64,000 nt of DNA from Deinococcales bacterium (GTDB taxonomy: Bacteria; Deinococcota; Deinococci; Deinococcales; JAAFIG01): contig JANNVX010000014.1 of the NCBI GenBank assembly GCA_031414595.1, positions 32,001-96,000 on the forward strand, read 5' to 3'. Of the stretch, positions 56,453 to 64,000 are shown one piece after another. The first letter of the stretch is position 1. The number at the start of each line of letters is the position of its first letter. The notes beneath the pieces are model-generated. The model saw only the letters and a list, made by a program, of their open reading frames with translations. It was not told the origin of the DNA and made no database searches. Position numbers and translations under genes: made by a program.

Positions 56453-57538
56453 ATGCAAGTACAAATCCCGAAAAAACAACTCAGCGAAGCCCTCGGAATT
56501 TTAGAACGAATTGTACCCGCTCGCAGCAGCAATGCCGCCCTAACTCAATTAAAAGTTGCCATCACCCCCCAAGGCTTAGCGCTTTCTGGCACAAACTTAG
56601 AGATTGACATTGAGTATTTTCTCGAGGCACAAATTGTGGATGGACAGGATTTTGTCGTTCCCGCTCAGCTTTTTGCCCAAATCACCAAAGCTTTATCGGG
56701 AGAATTGGTCGAATTACACCTCAAGGGTTCTGAACTCACGGTTGCCAGTGGCGGCAGCACCTTCAAAGTTCAAACTGGCGACCTAAGCGCTTACCCAGAA
56801 CTTCTTTTTCCCTCAGAAACGCATCTGACACTGGATGCTAAAGAATTTACCAAAAGCCTGACCAGTGTGCGTTACGCGGCGGCTGCCGAAGAATTCCGCG
56901 CTATTTTTCGTGGTGTTCAACTTGAACTCAACACCACTGGCTCGAGGGTTGTAGCAACTGATGGTTTTAGACTGGCTTACCGAAACTTTGGCGCATCAAG
57001 CACCACTGAAGCCCGTAAACTGGTGATTCCAGCCCGTAATGCCGATGAACTGATTCGGGTTCTTAAAGATGGCGAGGTGCGTCTGACTATTTCTCAAGGC
57101 ACACTCTCAGTGGCATCTGACAAGGTACGAATCAATGCCAAACTGATGGACGGCGAACTCCCAGATTATGCTCGCGTCATTCCAAGCACCTCAAGTGTGA
57201 CCGTGGCGGTCTCGGCGGGGGCGCTGCGTGAAGCGGTGGCTCGAGTGGCAGTGGTGGCAGACAAAAGCAGCAACAACAAAGTTGAATTTATTGTGGCGGG
57301 TGGCAAATTGCAATTGGTGGCAGAATCCGACTTTGGACGCGCTCAGGATGTGCTTGATGTGGTACAACACGGCTCTGAACCAGCCATCACAGTTGGTTTT
57401 CGCGCCAAACAATTGACCGAAGCCTTATCGCCGATTGAAGGTGAAGTGTTAATTGGCTTGGGATTGAATGCACCAGCCAAATTCACGGCTGAATCTGACC
57501 CCGGGTACTTGGCAATTGTCAATCCGCTTCGGGTCTAA
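56453..57538 (+). CDS. dnaN: DNA polymerase III beta clamp
   Basis: VATDGFRLA, PDYARVIP; follows dnaA. Confidence 0.97.
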   Translation: MQVQIPKKQLSEALGILERIVPARSSNAALTQLKVAITPQGLALSGTNLEIDIEYFLEAQIVDGQDFVVPAQLFAQITKALSGELVELHLKGSELTVASGGSTFKVQTGDLSAYPELLFPSETHLTLDAKEFTKSLTSVRYAAAAEEFRAIFRGVQLELNTTGSRVVATDGFRLAYRNFGASSTTEARKLVIPARNADELIRVLKDGEVRLTISQGTLSVASDKVRINAKLMDGELPDYARVIPSTSSVTVAVSAGALREAVARVAVVADKSSNNKVEFIVAGGKLQLVAESDFGRAQDVLDVVQHGSEPAITVGFRAKQLTEALSPIEGEVLIGLGLNAPAKFTAESDPGYLAIVNPLRV

Positions 57539-57542
57539 AAAG

Positions 57543-57646
57543 TTATCCACAGCTTTGGGATAACTCTGTGGATATTGTGGATAACTTTTTTAAGGCTGTG
57601 TTTGACGGCTTGAATTATCCACATAATCACAGCCCCTTGTGGACAA
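57543..57646. promoter_or_regulatory. Third DnaA-box cluster downstream of dnaN
   Basis: TTATCCACA at 57543 and 57615, TGTGGATAA at 57576, plus variants. Confidence 0.85.
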
Positions 57647-57719
57647 GTGCTAAAAAGCGAATTAAAAATTGACGATTTTTTGCCATCAATCCCACCTCAA
57701 AAGCCGTTAGATTAAACCC

Positions 57720-59420
57720 ATGACTTTTGCCGTGCCGTGGTTTTTATTGGGTTTGACCCTGATTCCGATAGTGCTGTGGCTGCATTTTATTCGTCAAGCC
57801 AAACGTCAACGAAAAGTCAGTGCTTTGTGGTTGTGGGGTGCAGAAGAAGCCCCTGAACGCCGGGCTAAGTTTAACCCAAACATCTTGCTGCTGCTGCAAA
57901 TACTAACGGTCTTGTTTGCCAGTATAGGAGCTTCTGCGCCGCGTTTTACAACCGACACTCGAGAACGGGTGCTGATTTTTGACGCGGGGGCTGCCATGAC
58001 TGCTAAAGATATTATTGGCGCAAATCAGACAGTCTCGAGACTTGAATCTGCCAAAGCACTGGCTAAACCTCTGCTGAATGGTCGTGTGACGGTCATCAGG
58101 GCGGGTCTGAGCGCCACAGTCACCACCAACAGCCAAACCAACAGCCAAGCTACCCTCGAGACCCGTCAAAAGGCACTACAAGCCTTAGCTGCTGGAGATT
58201 CGAGCAGCCAACTCGAGCCAGCCATTGCCTTAGCTTTGAGCATTTCGCCACAAGCCGAAATCGTGGTCTTTACCAGCCAAGCCGCTCCAAGCAATTTCAA
58301 AGGCACTTGGCACAGAATTCTGGGCAACGGCACAAATGTGGGGATTACGGCTTTTGCAATTCGTGGCACACAAGTGTTTGCAGCTTTTGAGAGTAACCAA
58401 AATAAACCAGTCACGGCTAAAATACGTTTGACTCGAGAAGAAAAGACAATTGCCCAAAGCGAATTAAAAATCCCAGTTCGCGGTACAGTGACTTGGACTC
58501 CTAAAGTGAGCTTGCAACCCGGAACATACAAACTCGAGTTGACCAACCCCGATGCAATGGCGCTTGACAACCAAGCCTACGCTTACCAAATTTCGAGTCG
58601 GGTGTTGGTCACGCCACCCCAAGACGATGTGCTAAAAGCGATTGTCAGTGTCCCCGGAATTCGTACTGCTGCCAGTGACACCCCACCCAGCACGGCTCGA
58701 GGCTATGATGCAATTGTGTTGGTCGGGGCAGTACCCAGAGCTTTACCCGATGGAAATTATATTATTTTTGCGCCATTACCTGCCAAAAACGAGAACCCTA
58801 AACTGGAACGAATCACCCGCAGCAACAGCACCGACCCAATTTTAAGATTTGTCAATCTTGAGGGTGTTCGGGTTCGGCGTTCCCCCCTAAGTCCCCCAGA
58901 ACTGACAGGCGGAACTTGGACACCGATTGTGTATGTCGGCGATAAACCCCTGATTTGGCGAGGCACAGCCGCCAATGTTCGGGCTGTTTATGTGGCTACG
59001 CATCCGCTCGAGACCGAACTGAGGAAATTTCCAGCTTTTCCGGTGCTGCTTTTTAACATCATTCAAGAATACGCCAACGCCAAAAATGTGCCACTTGGAA
59101 CACGGCTCGGCACGAATATCACTTTTCAAGACAACATCGCCAGTGGTTTTACCCAAGCCTTGCTGCCCGGAGTGTACACCTCCGACGGCGAACGTCTGGT
59201 GGCAAACCTCGGCTCGAGCCAAGCCACACAACTCGAGACAGGGCAGTCGGTTGAGGAAAAATTAGGGACAACCCAAAAAAGTACAAATCCGAACGCTGGC
59301 ACAGATAATTTTAGCCCGTGGCGTTTGCCGTTGCTACTGCTCGCATTGGTTGCCTTACTGCTCGAGGCGGCATTGCGCGGACAAGTTTATTTCTTGCCAA
59401 AATTAAGGCGGGCAGCATGA
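57720..59420 (+). CDS. BatA-type N-terminal / vWA-like membrane protein
   Basis: PIVLWLHF...VSALWLW...LLLLQIL; degenerate MIDAS; C-terminal TM. Confidence 0.8.
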   Translation: MTFAVPWFLLGLTLIPIVLWLHFIRQAKRQRKVSALWLWGAEEAPERRAKFNPNILLLLQILTVLFASIGASAPRFTTDTRERVLIFDAGAAMTAKDIIGANQTVSRLESAKALAKPLLNGRVTVIRAGLSATVTTNSQTNSQATLETRQKALQALAAGDSSSQLEPAIALALSISPQAEIVVFTSQAAPSNFKGTWHRILGNGTNVGITAFAIRGTQVFAAFESNQNKPVTAKIRLTREEKTIAQSELKIPVRGTVTWTPKVSLQPGTYKLELTNPDAMALDNQAYAYQISSRVLVTPPQDDVLKAIVSVPGIRTAASDTPPSTARGYDAIVLVGAVPRALPDGNYIIFAPLPAKNENPKLERITRSNSTDPILRFVNLEGVRVRRSPLSPPELTGGTWTPIVYVGDKPLIWRGTAANVRAVYVATHPLETELRKFPAFPVLLFNIIQEYANAKNVPLGTRLGTNITFQDNIASGFTQALLPGVYTSDGERLVANLGSSQATQLETGQSVEEKLGTTQKSTNPNAGTDNFSPWRLPLLLLALVALLLEAALRGQVYFLPKLRRAA

Positions 59421-61777
59421 ATTTGGTTTTTGAATACCCGATTTTTTTGATTTTAACAATGATTGGTTTGGTGCTTGCTCTGTGGTTTTCTAAGTTGCAA
59501 ATTTTGCGTCAACCGATTCTGCTGCTTCGTACTTTGGCGATTCTCACACTGGGTCTAGCCGTGGCAAATCCACTGCTAGAGCAACGCCGTGCTGGGTTGG
59601 TGATTTTAGAAGATGTATCTGACAGTGCTGCCCGAACTAACTTGCCAAGCATCAATGCTAAAGCCAAACTTTCCTTTGCAGGTCTAGCGGGAAATGCCAG
59701 CCGCGAGAACCTCGAGCCGAACCAAACCGATATTGCCACTGCCTTGCAAACTGCCACAGCCTTACAGCCAAGTCGGATTTTGCTGATTTCTGATGGCAAC
59801 GAAACCAAAGGTGATGCGATTCAAGCCTTACCAAACATTCCTGTGGATGTACTGAAGGTTAGTAGCCGCCAAAACGCGGCTGTGGTGGATTTAATCGCTC
59901 CAGATAGCCTTGCGCCCGGGGCGACAGTGCAGACCAACGCGATTCTCGAGACCAGTCAAAAAACTTCGGTGCGAATTAAAGCCATGTTAAACGGGGTGCA
60001 ACTGACCACAAAAACCATTGTGCTACCTGTTGGAAAAAGCAGCTTACCACTCGAGTTTCGTGTTCCAGACAGGGGCGGAATTTCACTCGAGGTTAGTATC
60101 GTCCCAGATTTTGCCCAACCAACCAGTGATGACCGCCGCAGCTTGGCGTTAAGTGTCAAAGCGCCGCGTGAGGTGCTGGTGATTAACGACCCAGCCATAG
60201 CCAAACTGCTTCGCGCTCAGGGGTTTAAGACCAAAGAAGGCAGCCCAAGCCTAGTGCGTGAACCACTGGCGTACAGCGCCGTGTTTGTTCGGGCAGCCGC
60301 CACCCTAACCGAAGACCAAGGTACTGCCCTGACCCGTTCACAACAAGAATTACTGCGCCGCTACATCGAAGATGGTGGTGGGGTGATGCTGACGGGCGGC
60401 GACCAGAGTTTTGGTTTGGGCGGTTGGAATCGCAGCCCGCTCGAAGCCTCGCTGCCTGTCTCGAGTGACTTACGCACCCGCGTGGATGTGCCACTGGTTT
60501 CGATGGTGATGGTCGTAGACCGAAGTTTAAGCATGGTTGGCACGGGTGGCAGCAGCAACTCACAAAAACTGGGTTTAGCGCTCGAGGGGGTTGCCAATGT
60601 GGTTGAACTTGCCAACGAACGCGATTTTCTAGGCTTAATTGTTTTTTCTGATACGCCACAGTGGATTTTTAAGCCGACTCGAGCCAACGAAAGCAACAAA
60701 ATCCAAATGCTTCGTGCCATTGAAACCATCGAAGCGGTTGGCGGAACAATCGTTGCCCCAGCGTATTTAGAAGCGATAGCTGCCTTGGATAATTCTCGAG
60801 CGGCGGTTAAACATATTATTATTCTGACCGACGGACAATTTGCCGATGGTGAAGGTTCAAATCCACCTAATTTTGCTGCCATTGCCAGAGCTGCTAAGCA
60901 AAAAGGCATTACCACCTCGAGTATTGGTGTGGGCGGCGATGCCGACAGCAAAAATCTTAAAATTATTTCCAATGCTGGTGGCGGACGTTATTATCAAGCC
61001 CAAGACCCCGACACCTTACCAAGAATTTTTACCACCGAAGCTCTGACTTCAAAACGCGCCTTGATACGCACCAATCAACCCGTGACGCTACAAACCAATC
61101 CGCTTGCAAACAGTGTCTCGAGTCAACCGCCCAGAGCCGCCAAGTACATTGCCACGACCCTCAAATCCGAAGCTGAACCAATCCTTATGGGTGCGGACCG
61201 AGAACCCGTTTTGGCAGTCTTACGCAAAGGCTTAGGACGCACTGCCGCCCTGACGATAGACTTAAACCGCCCCGATGCCCTGACCAACTGGAAAGACCTG
61301 CCCGGTTTACTTGGGACAGTTGCACGCTGGCTCGAGATTCCTGAAACACCTTATACCCTCTCGATTAGCCCAGATGCCAGTACGGTCAGTGTAGATGCAG
61401 TCGAACGCAATCAGTACCGCAATAATTTACCACTTGAGGTTCGGGTTGGCTCAAATACCATTGCTCTAAAACAAACAGCACCTGGCAAATACGAAGCCAG
61501 TTTACCCAAAAATACCGAAGGTAGCCTCGCCCTGATTTCACGCGGCATACTGCTCGAACGGCGCAGCTTAAACACCCAAAACCGCGAACTCGAGACGACT
61601 GGCGGCGAGGCAAAACTGCGCCAAATTGCCAAGAGTAGTGGTGGAAATTACTTAGAAAATTTGGACGGGTATGTGCCAGCCCAACAAATCTCGAGCCTAT
61701 CCTTAGCGGCTTGGTTAGCCGTTTTAGGACTGCTGATTTTTATAGCTGAACTGGCATGGAGACGCTTTCGCAGTTAA
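59417..61777 (+). CDS. vWA-domain membrane protein
   Basis: DVSDS and DRSLSM MIDAS motifs, LISDG, ILTDG, C-terminal E..WRR; ATG overlaps the previous stop. Confidence 0.85.
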   Translation: MNLVFEYPIFLILTMIGLVLALWFSKLQILRQPILLLRTLAILTLGLAVANPLLEQRRAGLVILEDVSDSAARTNLPSINAKAKLSFAGLAGNASRENLEPNQTDIATALQTATALQPSRILLISDGNETKGDAIQALPNIPVDVLKVSSRQNAAVVDLIAPDSLAPGATVQTNAILETSQKTSVRIKAMLNGVQLTTKTIVLPVGKSSLPLEFRVPDRGGISLEVSIVPDFAQPTSDDRRSLALSVKAPREVLVINDPAIAKLLRAQGFKTKEGSPSLVREPLAYSAVFVRAAATLTEDQGTALTRSQQELLRRYIEDGGGVMLTGGDQSFGLGGWNRSPLEASLPVSSDLRTRVDVPLVSMVMVVDRSLSMVGTGGSSNSQKLGLALEGVANVVELANERDFLGLIVFSDTPQWIFKPTRANESNKIQMLRAIETIEAVGGTIVAPAYLEAIAALDNSRAAVKHIIILTDGQFADGEGSNPPNFAAIARAAKQKGITTSSIGVGGDADSKNLKIISNAGGGRYYQAQDPDTLPRIFTTEALTSKRALIRTNQPVTLQTNPLANSVSSQPPRAAKYIATTLKSEAEPILMGADREPVLAVLRKGLGRTAALTIDLNRPDALTNWKDLPGLLGTVARWLEIPETPYTLSISPDASTVSVDAVERNQYRNNLPLEVRVGSNTIALKQTAPGKYEASLPKNTEGSLALISRGILLERRSLNTQNRELETTGGEAKLRQIAKSSGGNYLENLDGYVPAQQISSLSLAAWLAVLGLLIFIAELAWRRFRS

Positions 61778-62877
61778 AAACTGCTGATTCGAGCGGTCAG
61801 TTTGGCAATCAAGTCGTGTTTTAAGTTCACGCCAATGCCAATGCCGCTAAGTGGTTTGGTAATACCGTTTTCCATGATAATTTCTGGTTCGATGATGTCC
61901 TCATGCCAGTAGCGGTTACTTGGGGCGGTGTCGGATGCCATTGTAAAAGCTGACAGGGTTTGTAGTGCCACATTATGGGCGCGTCCTACACCACTCTCGA
62001 GCATTCCACCACACCATAAGTCCAGATTATTGGCTTGGCAGTAAGCGGCAATTTTGTGTGATTCCAAATGTCCGCCAACCCGCCCAATTTTAAGGTTGAT
62101 GACTTTGGCAGCCCCCATTTGCACAGCGCGGCGAACATCTCCAGCACTGTGAATCGGTTCATCCAAACAAAGTGGGGTTTGCAAACTTTTTGCCAGTGTG
62201 CCGTGGTCTATGATGTCGTCGTTCTCGAGTGGCTGCTCGATGTATTGCAGTTTGTATTGGTCGAGTTCTTGGAGCATATTGGTATCCTCAAGCGTATAAT
62301 CCGAATTGGCATCTACCGTTAAATTCATGTTTGTACCCAAGGCGGCTCGAGCGGCTGCGACATAGGTTAAATCGCGCCCACGTCCAATTTTAAGTTTGAT
62401 GCGCCTGTAGCCCAAGGCTTGTTGCTCGAGAACAAATTCGGCAAGGGCTTCGGGGCTTTTTTTGATTCCCACACTTAAACCGACGGGTAATTCGGTTTTC
62501 GTTCCGCCAATGTATTTCCAAAGCGGTGCATTGGCGGCTTTGGCAAACCAATCCCAAAGGGCGATTTCTAAACCAGCTTTGGCAAAAGGATGTCCGCGAA
62601 AAGGTTTGACCAAGGCTTGATAGTCGGCTGGGTTCTCGAGAACCTTGCCGATTACACTGGGCGCAATATAATCGTTTAGGATATGCCAAGCGGTTTCAAC
62701 GGTTTCATACGAATACCCAGGGGTTTCGTTGCAACTGACCTCGCCGTAGCCCGTAATCCCACCACTCGAGACGCTGACCAAAATAATACGGCGCTCCTGA
62801 GTGACCCCAAAACTGGTTTCAAAAGCGTGTTTCATGTCCATGCGAATTTCGCGCAGTTCAACTGATTCTATTTTCAT
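61774..62877 (-). CDS. menC: o-succinylbenzoate synthase / N-acylamino acid racemase (enolase superfamily)
   Basis: FETSFG, KLK, VDAN, EQPL, LDE, WCGGMLE. Confidence 0.85.
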   Translation of the reverse strand: MKIESVELREIRMDMKHAFETSFGVTQERRIILVSVSSGGITGYGEVSCNETPGYSYETVETAWHILNDYIAPSVIGKVLENPADYQALVKPFRGHPFAKAGLEIALWDWFAKAANAPLWKYIGGTKTELPVGLSVGIKKSPEALAEFVLEQQALGYRRIKLKIGRGRDLTYVAAARAALGTNMNLTVDANSDYTLEDTNMLQELDQYKLQYIEQPLENDDIIDHGTLAKSLQTPLCLDEPIHSAGDVRRAVQMGAAKVINLKIGRVGGHLESHKIAAYCQANNLDLWCGGMLESGVGRAHNVALQTLSAFTMASDTAPSNRYWHEDIIEPEIIMENGITKPLSGIGIGVNLKHDLIAKLTARISSF

Positions 62878-62938
62878 ATACCCTTAGTTTACCCTACAAA
62901 CTTGCAAACGTCCTCAAGTCACGGTAGCCTAGGCACAG

Positions 62939-63544
62939 ATGCGTGTTGTCCTCGCCACCAGTAACCAAGGCAAGCTAAGAGAATTCCAAGAAGCCCTATT
63001 GCCGCTTGGTTGGGAATTACTGCCGATGCCAATCGGTTTAACCATGCCAATCGAAGACGGCAGCAGCTACGAAGAAAATGCTCTAATAAAAGCGGCGGGT
63101 ATTTGTCATGCCTTAAAAACCCCGACCCTAGCCGATGATTCTGGACTCGAGGTAGAAGCCTTAAATGGCGCTCCGGGTGTCTACAGCGCTCGTTTTGGTG
63201 GATTGGTCAGCGATATGGATAGGAATTTGTATTTACTTGAAGCCATCAAAAACGTTCCCAACCCTCGAGTTGCCAAATTTGTTTGCGTCCTGACCCTTGC
63301 TTATCCAGATGGCTATGTTGAATCGTGGCGGGCAGAATCGCACGGAGAAATCCTTGAGGGTCCACGCGGACGAGAAGGACACGGCTACGATCCACTTTTT
63401 TATGTGCCGAGCTTAGACAAAACCTATGCCCAACTGACCACAGCCGAAAAACGCAGCATTTCGCACCGAGGACAAGCCATAGATAAAATGCTGGCAGCCT
63501 ACAAAGATGGCGCTCCTAAACGAGAAATCACGCGGCTTGAGTAG
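62939..63544 (+). CDS. rdgB: Non-canonical purine NTP pyrophosphatase
   Basis: ATSNQGKLRE, ADDSGL, PGVYSAR, GYDPLF, SHRG. Confidence 0.95.
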   Translation: MRVVLATSNQGKLREFQEALLPLGWELLPMPIGLTMPIEDGSSYEENALIKAAGICHALKTPTLADDSGLEVEALNGAPGVYSARFGGLVSDMDRNLYLLEAIKNVPNPRVAKFVCVLTLAYPDGYVESWRAESHGEILEGPRGREGHGYDPLFYVPSLDKTYAQLTTAEKRSISHRGQAIDKMLAAYKDGAPKREITRLE

Positions 63545-63548
63545 TGTT

Positions 63549-63998
63549 CTAAAACAAATACCGCTTGGCTGTGACCTCGAGAATGGTGGCAATGCTGACC
63601 CCTTCTAAAGCCACATCAGGGCAATCCAGCAACTCGAGATTTAAGTCCTGCAAAGCCCGTAAGACGGCTGGCAATCGCTCGAGTAGCGTATTGGCGGCAT
63701 CTATTTGTAAACCAGCAAAACTTGTGTCGTTCATAAAAACATAGACTTGAGCGGCATCAAGTACCTCGTTGTCTAGCACTTCACGCATCGTGCGCCCACC
63801 GACTTCGAGGTACAATCTGCCTTTACCGCCCATGCCCTCGGCTCGGTAATCCACATTGACCACACCAAGCAAATTCGTACTCTCGGGTTGCACCTCGAGT
63901 TGTTGCAACGCCAATACCAAACGCTCAAATTCGCTTGGCGTAAGACCGATGCGCTCCTTCTCGAGTTGGTTTTGCAATGCCTGAACTGCAAATGCACT
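63549..63998 (-). CDS. Hypothetical protein, probably 5'-truncated by the window edge
   Basis: Frame remains open to the window end. Confidence 0.6.
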   Translation of the reverse strand, partial: SAFAVQALQNQLEKERIGLTPSEFERLVLALQQLEVQPESTNLLGVVNVDYRAEGMGGKGRLYLEVGGRTMREVLDNEVLDAAQVYVFMNDTSFAGLQIDAANTLLERLPAVLRALQDLNLELLDCPDVALEGVSIATILEVTAKRYLF

Positions 63999-64000
63999 CG

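Overview
Bacterial chromosome segment, probably Deinococcota. The taxonomy is an inference from the outer-membrane BamA and secretin, the futalosine-pathway mqnD, many apparently leaderless genes and the ori gene order. The right part (27.0-64 kb) is core chromosome around the replication origin: tRNA(CAT), NUDIX, sbcC, four toxin-antitoxin pairs, four tandem S41 proteases, mqnD, mscL, nagA, bamA, PNP, parB-parA-rsmG, parS sites, dnaA-oriC-dnaN, vWA proteins, menC-like and rdgB. The left part (1-27038) looks like one arm of a large Tn7-like element. Its cargo includes an Rhs/HINT/WHH polymorphic toxin with immunity genes, a lipoprotein-subtilase-secretin cluster, a beta-helix protein and XRE-linked small-gene operons. 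The main discovery is at 21.8-27.2 kb, a candidate type I-C CRISPR-associated transposon (CAST). tniQ is translationally coupled to cas5c-cas8c-cas7c with no cas3/cas1/cas2/cas4 beside it, and a minimal array follows. A separate repeat with its own predicted promoter carries a spacer matching the 5' end of the adjacent tRNA gene (18/22, mismatches at 6, 12, 18, 19; CTC PAM). A TGT-terminated end with three TnsB-type repeats lies 69 bp from the PAM, just upstream of the tRNA promoter. tnsA/B/C and the other end are not in this window. All calls come from reading motifs by eye; no database searches were run.
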